Of a DNA stretch of 64,000 bases, positions 19,349 through 28,813 are shown one piece after another. Numbering within the stretch: the stretch's first letter is position 1; every line of letters starts with the position of its first letter. The notes below the pieces were generated by a model that saw only the letters and a list, made by a program, of their open reading frames with translations, made no database searches and was not told the DNA's origin. The stretch comes from Candidatus Limnocylindrus sp. Its GTDB lineage: Bacteria > Chloroflexota > Limnocylindria > Limnocylindrales > Limnocylindraceae. Position numbers and translations under genes: made by a program. The stretch lies in assembly GCA_040397215.1 (NCBI GenBank), contig JBBAWK010000005.1. The stretch is one strand, 5' to 3'.

Positions 19349-19734
19349 AGCGTTCGATTACTGGGGCCGGGATCCCTGCCGCTATCGGCCCGTACAGCCC
19401 AGCAATTGCTGCGGGCGACGAACTCTTCTGCTCCGGGCAGCTTGGACTCCATCCTGAGACTGGTGTACTTGCCGACGGCGTTGCTGCACAGGCCGAGCAG
19501 GCGGTGGCGAACCTCGGTGCCCTCTTGGCCGCCGCAGGCTTTGGCTACAACGACATCGTTAAGACGACCATCTTCCTTGTTGACCTCGCCGACTTTGCCA
19601 CCGTCAACGAGATCTACGGTCGGGCCTTCACCCAGCCGTACCCCGCACGCTCAACCATTCAGGTTGCAGCGCTGCCGAAGGGTGGCTTGGTAGAGATCGA
19701 GGCGATCGCCAAGCGAGGCGGCGCCGCAGGATGA
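19345..19734 (+). CDS. ridA: RidA/YjgF family reactive-intermediate deaminase
   Basis: GTG start overlaps the ksgA/ispE stop. GPYSPAI...TTIFLVDLADFATVNEIY matches the RidA family. The track ORF extension (19111..) is only an unstopped upstream frame. Confidence 0.8.
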   Translation: MKRSITGAGIPAAIGPYSPAIAAGDELFCSGQLGLHPETGVLADGVAAQAEQAVANLGALLAAAGFGYNDIVKTTIFLVDLADFATVNEIYGRAFTQPYPARSTIQVAALPKGGLVEIEAIAKRGGAAG

Positions 19735-21104
19735 GCCCGTCAAGTCGCGGGCCGGAGCGCCTTGAGGGCGTGACGGCCATCATCCTTGCCGCTGGAGTGG
19801 GATCGCGGATGCAGTCCCAGGTTCCCAAGGTGCTGCACCAACTGCTCGGTCGCCCAATGGCCGGCTGGGTCGTGGCCGCTGCCGCAGAGGCGTTCGCCGC
19901 GAAGTCCATCGTTGTGCTCTCGCCGGCTACCGCTCGGCTCGGTGACCTTTTAGGAGGCGATGTCTCGATCGCTGAGCAGGCTAAGCCGCTCGGCACCGCC
20001 GATGCTGTTCGCTGCGCGCTTGCCGCGCTACCAGCATCTGCAAAGGAGCTGCTCATCGCCTGTGGCGATACACCACTCATCACCGCCGCGTTGATGCGTG
20101 AAGTTGTTGCGGCGCGTCGCGAGACGAACGCGCCCATCGCCCTGACCGCCTTTGATGCCGACGACCCTACGGGCTACGGACGGGTGATTGAATCAAGCGA
20201 TGGCACGGCGGAGTGCGTGATTGAAGAGCGTGATGCCACCGAAGAGCAGCGCGCCATCGGCACCGTGAATGCGGGACTCTACGCGGTGGACCGAGCATGG
20301 CTCACCGAGGCACTCGGTGCGATCACGCCGTCGAAAGCGAGCGGCGAGTTGTATCTCACCGATCTAGTCTCCGCGGCACACGCCGCAGGCACCCCTGCGC
20401 CAATCGTCTATGGCCCAGAGATTGAGCTGGAGGGGGTAAACGATCGACATCAGTTCGCCGATGTCGCCGCGGCACTTCGGGAGCGCATCAATGAGGGCCA
20501 CCTTGACCGCGGCGTGGCGTTGATTGACCCAACGACCGCGTGGATTGACGTGCAGGTTGAGATTGCTGCGGATGCGGTGATTGAACCCGCCGTCACTCTC
20601 CTTGGGGCAACGAGCATCGGGGCACGAACTCGAATCGGTAGCGGTTCGCGGATTGAGGCGACATTTATCGGCGAAGATTGCTCCATTCGCTCTTCGGCGA
20701 TTGAGGGCTCAACCATCGCGTCGCACGTTGACGTTGGGCCGTTTGCGCACATTCGACCAGGGTGCACCATTGCGTCGAACTGCCACGTTGGAAACTTCGC
20801 CGAGTTGAAAGCGACAAGCCTCGCTACTGGCGCCAAGGTCGGTCACCACTCGTATCTTGGCGACGCAGAAGTGGGAGAACGCGCGAATATCGGTGCGGGC
20901 ACCATCACGGCGAACTATGACGGCATGAAGAAGCTCAAGACACTGATCGGCGCTAATGCTTTTACCGGGGTGGGAACCCTGATTGTGGCGCCAGCAGGCA
21001 TTGGTGTTGGCGCTAAGACTGGGGCCGGCACGGTGGTGCTCGCCGATATCCCTGATGGCTGTACGGCGGTCGGCGTTCCTGCTCGCATCATCCGGGAGGC
21101 GTAA
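19731..21104 (+). CDS. glmU: bifunctional UDP-GlcNAc pyrophosphorylase / GlcN-1-P acetyltransferase
   Basis: N-terminal nucleotidyltransferase (ILAAGVGSRM) plus C-terminal left-handed beta-helix hexapeptide repeats. 457 aa. Confidence 0.9.
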   Translation: MSPSSRGPERLEGVTAIILAAGVGSRMQSQVPKVLHQLLGRPMAGWVVAAAAEAFAAKSIVVLSPATARLGDLLGGDVSIAEQAKPLGTADAVRCALAALPASAKELLIACGDTPLITAALMREVVAARRETNAPIALTAFDADDPTGYGRVIESSDGTAECVIEERDATEEQRAIGTVNAGLYAVDRAWLTEALGAITPSKASGELYLTDLVSAAHAAGTPAPIVYGPEIELEGVNDRHQFADVAAALRERINEGHLDRGVALIDPTTAWIDVQVEIAADAVIEPAVTLLGATSIGARTRIGSGSRIEATFIGEDCSIRSSAIEGSTIASHVDVGPFAHIRPGCTIASNCHVGNFAELKATSLATGAKVGHHSYLGDAEVGERANIGAGTITANYDGMKKLKTLIGANAFTGVGTLIVAPAGIGVGAKTGAGTVVLADIPDGCTAVGVPARIIREA

Positions 21105-21106
21105 CG

Positions 21107-22423
21107 ATGCTCGGCACCGACATCCTGATCATCCTTTTGTTGATTCTCATCAACGGTTTCTTTGTTGGCGCGGAGATTGCCTTCGTCTCTGTTCGCCGCA
21201 CGCGCCTCGACGAGCTGGCTGAAGCGGGCGATCGCCGTGCCAAGCGTGCCCAGCGGTTGATGCGCGATCCAGGGCGTTTCCTTGCGGTGATCCAGGTTGC
21301 GATCACCTTCCTTGGAGCACTCGCCTCCGCCGTTGCTGCCGTCAGCATCGTGACGGTAGTGGCTGAACCACTGCGCGGGATTGCGCTCATTGCTGACCAG
21401 GCGAACACGATCGCGCTACTCCTCGTCACCTTCATCGTCTCCGTGGTCTCCATCGTGCTTGGGGAGTTGATCCCGAAGGGGTTTGCCCTCGCCAATCCGG
21501 ACCGCATCGCTCTCGCGGTTTCTGGACCGATCACCATCTTCGCCAAAATCGTGAGCCCGTTGGTGGCGGTTCTCGTGCTGCTCACCAAGATTATTTCGAA
21601 ACCATTCGGCATTGATCCTACGCGCACTCCGGAGCTCTCTGCCGCTGAGATCCGCCTGATCGTGGAGCAGGGGAGCCAGCAGGGCGTACTTGAGGCCGAG
21701 GAGGAGCAGATGATCAGTGCGGTGATGTCGCTCAGCGACTCCAAACTGCACGAGGTCATGGTGCCGCGCATCGACATTGTGGCGATCGATCAAGAGGCGA
21801 GCTTCGATGACGCGGTCACGCTGGTGCTCACCGAGGGTCACAGTCGTACGCCGCTCTACAAGGAGTCGGTCGACCACATGGTTGGAATCCTCTACGCGAA
21901 GGACCTATTGCGCATTATTGCTGCGGGCGGACCGCGTCCACGGCTGCGCGACATCATGCGTCCAGCACTCTTTGTTCCTGAATCACAGGCCGTCGACGAT
22001 TTGCTCAACGAACTGCAGCGTCGACGTGTACACATGGCGATCGTGCTTGACGAATATGGCGGTACTGCTGGTCTCGTGACCATTGAAGACCTGCTCGAAG
22101 AGATTGTCGGTGAGATTCAGGACGAGTTCGACGAAGAGGAACCGATGAAGGTGATGATTCGCGAGGGCGAGGCGATCCTTGACGGCCGCGCTGATATTGA
22201 TGAGATGGGCGAACTTGTAGAACCGCCGCTAGAGCTTGAGGATGATGAGGAATACGACACGGTGGGCGGTTTCGTCTATCACCGAATCGGCCGAGTCCCC
22301 GTCGTGGGCGACACGGTGGCAGTGGACCCATTTAACATCACAGTGATCAAGGTGATTGGACGACGCGTCGGCAAGGTCCGAGTGATCTGGGATGCGGGGG
22401 CCGTCAAGCCCGTTGCCGATTAG
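21107..22423 (+). CDS. HlyC/CorC-family membrane protein (DUF21-CBS pair-CorC_HlyC)
   Basis: N-terminal TM region, tandem CBS domains, and C-terminal transporter-associated domain. 438 aa. Confidence 0.85.
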   Translation: MLGTDILIILLLILINGFFVGAEIAFVSVRRTRLDELAEAGDRRAKRAQRLMRDPGRFLAVIQVAITFLGALASAVAAVSIVTVVAEPLRGIALIADQANTIALLLVTFIVSVVSIVLGELIPKGFALANPDRIALAVSGPITIFAKIVSPLVAVLVLLTKIISKPFGIDPTRTPELSAAEIRLIVEQGSQQGVLEAEEEQMISAVMSLSDSKLHEVMVPRIDIVAIDQEASFDDAVTLVLTEGHSRTPLYKESVDHMVGILYAKDLLRIIAAGGPRPRLRDIMRPALFVPESQAVDDLLNELQRRRVHMAIVLDEYGGTAGLVTIEDLLEEIVGEIQDEFDEEEPMKVMIREGEAILDGRADIDEMGELVEPPLELEDDEEYDTVGGFVYHRIGRVPVVGDTVAVDPFNITVIKVIGRRVGKVRVIWDAGAVKPVAD

Positions 22424-23469
22424 GCCGAGATCACCCGGCCAATAATCTCTTCGAGTTTCGCCACGGCGCGTGGGTTGAGCTGCGAGAGGCTGCGAATCTC
22501 GCTGATCGCCTTAGCGCGCCATTCCTGCGCCTGCATGCGTGTGTATTCACGTGACCCGGTGCGCTCAAGTACCTGGAGTCCTGCGGCGACTGACTCGGCG
22601 CCTGGGTTCGTTTCGGCGTAGAGGTTGGTGAGAACCGCGCGATCGGCGGCGCTTGCCTGCTCCATAGCGTGAAGGACGGGGAGCGTCTTCTTGTGACGGG
22701 CGAGATCCGAGGCCTCTTTCCCTGTAGCGGCTTCGTCGCCCCAGATGCCGAGTAGGTCATCGTTGATTTGGAAGGCGAGCCCCAGGGCCCAGCCGAAGTT
22801 ACGGAAACGGTGGATGACCTTCTCGTCGTCACTGGCAAGGATCGCGCCCGACTCTACAGATCCAGAGATCAGGGCTGCGGTCTTACGACCGATCATCTCA
22901 AAGTAGTGCTCAACGCTTTGCATCTCTGTGCGTGCGCTTGCGGCGATGTCAATGAATTGTCCCTCGCAGAGGCGCAGGCAGGTCTCGTCGTAGAGCTTCA
23001 TCAGGCGAATGACCTTGGTGTCAGAGAAGCCGAGGGTCGTGAGATGGTGCAGCGCCACGCGGCTTATCGTGAAGAGCGCATCACCAGTATTGATTGCCTG
23101 AGGGACGCCATCTCGAACCCAGAGCGTAGGACGGCCACGTCGCTCGGCATCACCATCCTCGATGTCGTCGTGGACGAGTGAGAAGTTGTGTCCGAGTTCG
23201 ACTGCCGCAGCGCCAGGGAGTGCGCGATCCCAGTCTGGTGAGATTGAGGCATAGGCGAGGAGGCCAAGGAGGGGGCGCATGCGCTTCCCAGGCCGCGCTG
23301 CAGGATCGGCGTAACCCAAGTGGTAGCGAATCTGTTCGTACATGGGGGCCGTAATCGGCTCCTCCCATTCGGCGAGCAGATCGAGGATGGTGCGATCGGT
23401 TGCCGCGACCAGCTCGTCGAGGTTGAGGCTGAGCAGGTCAACCCGCGCTCCATGCTGCTGTTCCACCAC
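22420..23469 (-). CDS. polyprenyl diphosphate synthase (trans-isoprenyl diphosphate synthase)
   Basis: Two aspartate-rich motifs, LVHDDIEDGD and FQINDDLLG. GTG start at 23469. The 3' end overlaps the corC stop convergently. Confidence 0.85.
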   Translation of the reverse strand: MVEQQHGARVDLLSLNLDELVAATDRTILDLLAEWEEPITAPMYEQIRYHLGYADPAARPGKRMRPLLGLLAYASISPDWDRALPGAAAVELGHNFSLVHDDIEDGDAERRGRPTLWVRDGVPQAINTGDALFTISRVALHHLTTLGFSDTKVIRLMKLYDETCLRLCEGQFIDIAASARTEMQSVEHYFEMIGRKTAALISGSVESGAILASDDEKVIHRFRNFGWALGLAFQINDDLLGIWGDEAATGKEASDLARHKKTLPVLHAMEQASAADRAVLTNLYAETNPGAESVAAGLQVLERTGSREYTRMQAQEWRAKAISEIRSLSQLNPRAVAKLEEIIGRVISA

Positions 23470-23540
23470 GCGCCCCCCTTACTACTAGCCCGGCGCGTTT
23501 GAACGCGGCGCGGTTGTAGGGCAATGCTACCCTGCGCATC

Positions 23541-24290
23541 ATGCCTGCACGTCAAAGCACTACGTCGCTGGCCGTCGTCACCTCCCGCTTTCGCCTCGGC
23601 GAAGCCGATCGCGTGCTCACCCTCCTCTCCGCAACACGCGGCAAGTTCAAGGCGATCGCCAAGGGGGTCCGCAAGCCGACGAGTCGACTTGGCGGCGGGG
23701 TGGAGCCCTTCGCTGAGCTAGACCTTGCCCTGATCACGGGGAGAACCTTCGATACCGTGACTCAGGTGCGCAGCGTGCGAGTCTGGCTCGGTCTGCGCAG
23801 CCGACTCGGCAGCGCGGCGGTCGCCTGGTACGTCGCAGAGTTGGTCGAACGCGGAACGAGCGATGAGCAGCCCGAGCCCGAACTCTATGAGCTGCTCCTT
23901 CACGCCTGGGATCTTTTAGAGTCCGGCGCCCCCGATGCGCTCGTGGCGCGCTGGGCTGAACTGGCGCTCCTTGACGCCTCGGGGCAGGGCCCGGAACTCG
24001 ACGTCTGCCTTGAGTGCGGCAGGGCGCCCGTTGCAGGCGAAGCCCTCCGCTGGGATGAGGAGGGGGCGGGCATCCGCTGCGCATCACATGCACTGGGAGG
24101 AGCGTTCTCCAGCGATGCGTTGCGACTGATGCGAGCGCTGCGACGCTTTGCGCCAGAGGAGCTCGTTGCGCTCACGCTGCCGCCCGCCCCCCAACGTGAG
24201 GTGAGCTGGGCGCTGCGTGGTGCCGTGCATCTCCTCTTCGGTGCGGAACCGAAGAGTCGCAGCTTCATGGACGAGGTCTTGGCACCATGA
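23541..24290 (+). CDS. recO: DNA repair protein RecO
   Basis: N-terminal OB fold and C4 zinc motif CLECGRAP...CASH. 249 aa. Confidence 0.85.
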   Translation: MPARQSTTSLAVVTSRFRLGEADRVLTLLSATRGKFKAIAKGVRKPTSRLGGGVEPFAELDLALITGRTFDTVTQVRSVRVWLGLRSRLGSAAVAWYVAELVERGTSDEQPEPELYELLLHAWDLLESGAPDALVARWAELALLDASGQGPELDVCLECGRAPVAGEALRWDEEGAGIRCASHALGGAFSSDALRLMRALRRFAPEELVALTLPPAPQREVSWALRGAVHLLFGAEPKSRSFMDEVLAP

Positions 24291-24664
24291 GCGGGGTGGA
24301 GCTGCTGCTCGTTGCCCTCGGCGGCGCGTTCGGCGCTGTGGCGCGCGCACTAATGGATCAGGCTGTTGCTCGAGCAGGTTGGCTCACGGAGTACGGCACC
24401 CTCACAATCAACCTTGTCGGCTCGCTCTTTGCTGGGTTCTTGGTGACCCTGATCGTTGAGCGCTCCATGGTGCCGTCAGAGTTGCGGCCACTCCTCATCA
24501 CTGGTCTCTTGGGAGGGTTCACGACCTTCTCCGCGCTCTCCCTGCAGCTCTCACGCCTGATTACGGCGGGGGACACGGTGAGTGCGGCAGCCTATGCGCT
24601 AGGTTCTGTCGCGCTCGGTGCCCTGTGCGCGCTGCTTGGCGCAGCGATTGGGCGCGCGTTGTAG
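24287..24664 (+). CDS. crcB: fluoride channel CrcB/Fluc (single copy)
   Basis: Four-TM protein of 125 aa with GLLGGFTTFSA signature. ATGA overlap with recO. Confidence 0.85.
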   Translation: MSGVELLLVALGGAFGAVARALMDQAVARAGWLTEYGTLTINLVGSLFAGFLVTLIVERSMVPSELRPLLITGLLGGFTTFSALSLQLSRLITAGDTVSAAAYALGSVALGALCALLGAAIGRAL

Positions 24665-24704
24665 GTGCGTTGATCCCTCGCGTGGCAAGGGGTGCGGGCG
24701 CGAA

Positions 24705-25040
24705 CTAGGCGGCGACGAAGCCGGTGGTGGTCGCGACGAACCAGATCGCGGCGAGCAGTGCGAGCATCGCGCCGTACGTCAGCAAGATGCGGCGAAGGTC
24801 GCGGCGCACGACTGGCATCTCTTCGGCGATTTCGGCGGTGAGTCGCTGTGTCGATGCGACCCGGCTACCAATTGGTGCAGAGGTGCCCGGAATGATGGTG
24901 CTCTTTGGGGCGATGAGCGTCGCCTCATAGGCGGCCGCAGCGGCCTCCTCGGCGGGGGTGAGGCCACGCTTGGGCGCGTCGGCATGCGACTTCAGCTTCG
25001 GGCGCTGGTCAGGGCGGAAGCGCTTCTCTCGTTTAGCCAT
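24705..25040 (-). CDS. small basic protein with C-terminal transmembrane anchor (111 aa), function unknown
   Basis: Strong Shine-Dalgarno AAGGAGG 4 nt upstream of the ATG on the minus strand. Hydrophilic N-terminus and one C-terminal TM helix (LLTYGAMLALLAAIWFVATTTGFV). Confidence 0.5.
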   Translation of the reverse strand: MAKREKRFRPDQRPKLKSHADAPKRGLTPAEEAAAAAYEATLIAPKSTIIPGTSAPIGSRVASTQRLTAEIAEEMPVVRRDLRRILLTYGAMLALLAAIWFVATTTGFVAA

Positions 25041-25118
25041 GACTCCTCCTTACAGGATCGTTCGCAGAGGATACCTGACCTAGGTTGAGAGGGCGGCGAG
25101 GGCTGATAGGATGCAGCC

Positions 25119-25622
25119 GTGGATAGCCAAGTGCTCCTTGCAATCGGTGTCGCGGGGGTGATCGTTGCCCTGCTCGCCCTCCTCATCGCCCTGAACTCGA
25201 TTCGCAACCTCCGTCGCCTGCGCGCCGACTACGCGGCGCTGGTCTCGGGGAGTGAGGCACTGACCGCCGAGCAGCGATTCGCCCAGGTTCTCGAGCGGGT
25301 TGCCCAGCAGGGGGCTTCATCGCAGGCTGCGGGGACGCGCCTCACCGCCCTTGAGGCGGCCGCTCCTGGCGCACTGAGTCGCATGGGCCTCATCCAGTTC
25401 CAGGCCTTCGAGGATGTCGGCGGCGGCCAGAGCTCTGCCCTTGCGCTACTCGATGCGACGGGGAGTGGCGTGGTGATTACGTCGCTGCACGCGCGAGTCG
25501 GGACACGGATCTACGTGAAGCGCGTCATTGAGGGTCGGGGCGAGGGGACCCTGGGCGAAGAGGAGTCGGCGGCAATCGCTGCCGCCTTGGCACAGCCCGC
25601 CTACAGCGCTCCACAACGGTGA
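25119..25622 (+). CDS. DUF4446-like small protein (N-terminal TM helix, conserved GVV motif)
   Basis: 167 aa with N-terminal hydrophobic helix and SGVVIT motif. GTG start. Its stop overlaps the GTG start of the downstream helicase. Confidence 0.55.
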   Translation: MDSQVLLAIGVAGVIVALLALLIALNSIRNLRRLRADYAALVSGSEALTAEQRFAQVLERVAQQGASSQAAGTRLTALEAAAPGALSRMGLIQFQAFEDVGGGQSSALALLDATGSGVVITSLHARVGTRIYVKRVIEGRGEGTLGEEESAAIAAALAQPAYSAPQR

Positions 25623-28600
25623 CTTCGCGCGCCTCGGGTGCGGGCGAGCGCGAAGGTGGCTCGCAGATACCAGTCTGGTCTGGAATCACACCCAAACGAC
25701 CTGCGGCGACAACGCCAACCATCGCGCACCTCGTCGATGACCTCAACGACGAGCAGTACGCCGCCGTAACGCACGGTGAGGGTCCGCTCCTCGTCGTGGC
25801 CGGTGCGGGCACAGGGAAGACGCAAGTCATCACGCGCCGCGTGGCCTGGCTCATCGCCGAAAAGCGCGCCGAACCGGAAGCGATCCTGGCGCTCACCTTT
25901 ACTGAGCGTGCGGCTGAGGAGATGCAAGGGCGCGTCGATCGCCTCGTTCCCTACGGCTACGCCACGACCCCAATCAAAACCTTCCACGCCTTTGGCGATG
26001 AGCTGCTCCGCGCCAATGCGCATCGGCTCGGCCTCTCCGGCGAGCTGCGTGTGCTGGGGCACGCCGAAGTCGTTCTGCTCCTTCGCGAGCATCTCTTCGA
26101 ACTCGGCCTCAAGAGATTCCTGCCACTTGGAGACCCAACACGATTCCTCGGCGACATTGCCGGCTACTTCTCACGCGCAAAGGACGAGGCGCTCGGCCCC
26201 GATGAGATTCAGAAATTCGCGTCAGATCTTCACGAGCGGGCTGGAGAAGCACGAAGCGCCGCAGCGGCAACCGCCGATCTTGAACTCCAGCAGAACCTTG
26301 CCTCGTATGCCGATGCGGTAGACCTGCTTGCCACCGAGCATGGGGAGCTCAGCGCAGCGCTGCGCACCTATCGCACGATCCTGAACGAGCGTGGCCTCCT
26401 TGATTTCGGGGACCAAGTGTTGCGCGCCTATGAGCTGCTGCGTGATGACCCCCTTGTTGCCGCCCGTCTGCGGGAACAGCACCGTTGGATTTTGGTGGAC
26501 GAATACCAGGATACGAACCGACTACAGGGGGCGCTGGTTGATCTTCTCTCGGATGGGCGGCGCAATCTCACCGTGGTCGGCGATGACGACCAGTCGATCT
26601 ATCGCTTCCGTGGGGCGGCGATCAGCAACATCCTGAACTTCACCGAGCGGTACCCCGATGCGAGCAAAGTGGTCTTGACCAAGAACTATCGCAGCACGGG
26701 CTCCGTGCTCACCGCCGCACGACGCCTGATTCGCTTCAATGATCCGCATCGGCTCGAGGTTCGCCTCGGCATCTCAAAGGAGCTCACCCCAGAGGGGATG
26801 CCTGGCGATGCGCCTCCGGTGACGTTCCGCCGCTTCCGCACAACGGCAGATGAGGCGGATTGGATCGCGTCAGAGATCCGCGACTCCATCGCGGGAGGTC
26901 GACGGGCCCGCGATCACGCGGTGCTCGTGCGCGCGAACGTTGACAGTGTGGAGGTTGGGCGCAGCCTCAATATGCTCGGCATTCCGTGGCGCTCGAGCGG
27001 CGCCGCCGGACTCTACGATCGCCCCGAGGTACGCCTCCTCTTGGCGGGCCTGCGCCACGCGGCCGACCCAGATGCCGCGGCGCCACTCTTCCTGATCGCC
27101 GCAGAGTCGCGCTTCAAGGTGCCGCCCACGATTCTGGCCGCCGCCGTCGGCAAGTCGCGTCGCGACCACACCTCACTGCGCGAGAGCCTTGCAACGGTTG
27201 GGGCGGGGCATGAGGCTACTGAGCGGCTTCTGGAACGTCTCGCCAGCGTGGTGCAAGAGAGTGTTGAGCGCACGAGCGGCGAGGTGCTCTATCGCTGGCT
27301 GCGTGAATCAGGTCTACTCGCCGAGCTCACCCGCGAGGCAACGCCGGAGTCCGATGAGCGAATCCGTAACATCGGACGCCTCTTCGATGTGGTGCGCTCC
27401 CGCAGCCGACTCCTGGAACTTGACCGTGCCCCATTCCTGGTGCGCTACCTCGAGGAGCTCGGTGAGGCGGGGGATGATCCGTCGGCTGCCGATGTCGATC
27501 CCGACCTTGACGCGGTCGCGCTCCTCACGATTCACCAGGCGAAGGGGCTGGAGTTCCCCGTTGTCTTCGCTGCAAACCTCGTTGAGGGGCGCTTCCCAGC
27601 CAAGGGTCGACCGCCGCGCCTCCCGCTTGCTGCAGAACTTGGCGGCTCTGATGATGTGGTGCCGCGTGATCCTCGTGCCCCAGACGGACCAACAGAGGCA
27701 GACGAGGAGGCGCTACGCGAGGAGCGACGCCTCGCCTATGTGGCGCTGACCAGGGCGGGCGAACGCTTGGCACTCACCGCTGCAGAGCGGAGCAGTGGCG
27801 GTGTGCGACCGCGCAAGGTGAGCCGATTTGTTGCTGAGGCGCTCGATCTCAGCCGCGAGCAACTCGAAGAGTTTCCACTCACCGGCGAGCCAGCGTCAAA
27901 AATTCAAGGGCTCACCATTGTTGCCCCACCACTTCCGGTTCTCCCCGTGCGTGAACCTGGGGCGACGGAGAGTGCGCCGCTCACCCTAAGCTTTACGGCG
28001 ATTGAGGCCTTCATTGCCTGCCCGCTGCGCTATCACTATCAGCAACGCCTCCGCATTCCGCTGCCGCCGCATCACTCTGCAACGTACGGTGCTGCGATGC
28101 ACGCCGCCGTCGCTGAATTCCATCGTGGACAGATGGTGGGCACCCCACCGCAACTCGACGAGCTTTATGCCGCCCTCGAGCGCAGTTGGCAGAGTGCCGG
28201 CTTCCTCTCTCGCAGCCACGAAGAGGCCCGCCATACGGCGGCGCAGGAGGCGATTGCACGATTCCGCAGTGAGGAGATCGCAACAGGCCACGCGCCGGCT
28301 TATGTCGAGAAAGACTTCTCGTTTGAACTTGGCGGGCACAAGATTCGCGGCCGTTGGGATCGCGTCGATGTGCAGGCACTCCCACCCGAGGGTCGCAGTG
28401 CGCCGATTCCGACCATTGATGTGCCGGGTGACGTTGTGCGCCCAACCCTGCCGCTCGGCGACGATGAGTGGGTGGTGGTCAGCGATTACAAGACGGGCGG
28501 GCGCGATGATGACGACGCGAGCCGCAAGCGGGCGAAAGAGTCACTGCAGCTGCAGCTCTACGCGCTGGCCTGGCGCGCCGTAACAGGGCGACTCCCCGAT

Positions 28601-28813
28601 GAGGTGAGCCTGCGCTTCCTTGACACCGGCCGTGTCGCCAACGTGCCGGTCGAGCCGAAGCGCATGCTTAAGGCGCGCGAACTGATTGTGGTTGCAGCGG
28701 AGGGGATCGTGGCTGGCGTCATGGATCCAAAGCCAGAACTCATGACCTGCACCTACTGCTCGTACCGTGAGCTCTGCCCAGCGTCGAAGGCTCCAGCGGG
28801 GCGGCCCGCATGA
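25619..28813 (+). CDS. UvrD/PcrA-like SF1 helicase fused to a C-terminal RecB-family PD-(D/E)XK nuclease with cysteine cluster (AddA/AdnB-like), 1064 aa
   Basis: Q-motif and Walker A (EQYAAV...AGAGTGKTQV), helicase motifs (VDEYQDTN, TIHQAKGLEFPVV). The C-terminus has VVSDYKTG (D-Y-K), QLQLYALA (QxxxY) and CTYCSYRELC. Confidence 0.85.
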   Translation: MTSRASGAGEREGGSQIPVWSGITPKRPAATTPTIAHLVDDLNDEQYAAVTHGEGPLLVVAGAGTGKTQVITRRVAWLIAEKRAEPEAILALTFTERAAEEMQGRVDRLVPYGYATTPIKTFHAFGDELLRANAHRLGLSGELRVLGHAEVVLLLREHLFELGLKRFLPLGDPTRFLGDIAGYFSRAKDEALGPDEIQKFASDLHERAGEARSAAAATADLELQQNLASYADAVDLLATEHGELSAALRTYRTILNERGLLDFGDQVLRAYELLRDDPLVAARLREQHRWILVDEYQDTNRLQGALVDLLSDGRRNLTVVGDDDQSIYRFRGAAISNILNFTERYPDASKVVLTKNYRSTGSVLTAARRLIRFNDPHRLEVRLGISKELTPEGMPGDAPPVTFRRFRTTADEADWIASEIRDSIAGGRRARDHAVLVRANVDSVEVGRSLNMLGIPWRSSGAAGLYDRPEVRLLLAGLRHAADPDAAAPLFLIAAESRFKVPPTILAAAVGKSRRDHTSLRESLATVGAGHEATERLLERLASVVQESVERTSGEVLYRWLRESGLLAELTREATPESDERIRNIGRLFDVVRSRSRLLELDRAPFLVRYLEELGEAGDDPSAADVDPDLDAVALLTIHQAKGLEFPVVFAANLVEGRFPAKGRPPRLPLAAELGGSDDVVPRDPRAPDGPTEADEEALREERRLAYVALTRAGERLALTAAERSSGGVRPRKVSRFVAEALDLSREQLEEFPLTGEPASKIQGLTIVAPPLPVLPVREPGATESAPLTLSFTAIEAFIACPLRYHYQQRLRIPLPPHHSATYGAAMHAAVAEFHRGQMVGTPPQLDELYAALERSWQSAGFLSRSHEEARHTAAQEAIARFRSEEIATGHAPAYVEKDFSFELGGHKIRGRWDRVDVQALPPEGRSAPIPTIDVPGDVVRPTLPLGDDEWVVVSDYKTGGRDDDDASRKRAKESLQLQLYALAWRAVTGRLPDEVSLRFLDTGRVANVPVEPKRMLKARELIVVAAEGIVAGVMDPKPELMTCTYCSYRELCPASKAPAGRPA

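Noticed and set aside
23470-23540. Possible -35/-10 promoter and leaderless start for recO (TTGAAC ... TACCCT 7 nt before the ATG)
   Set aside because: The hexamer spacing of 23 nt is too long for a standard sigma-A promoter. A weak CGCG-TTTGAA-CGCG hairpin is also present. The evidence is insufficient for a call.
24250-24300. Looked for a fluoride (crcB) riboswitch upstream of crcB
   Set aside because: crcB overlaps the recO stop codon, so there is no leader sequence.
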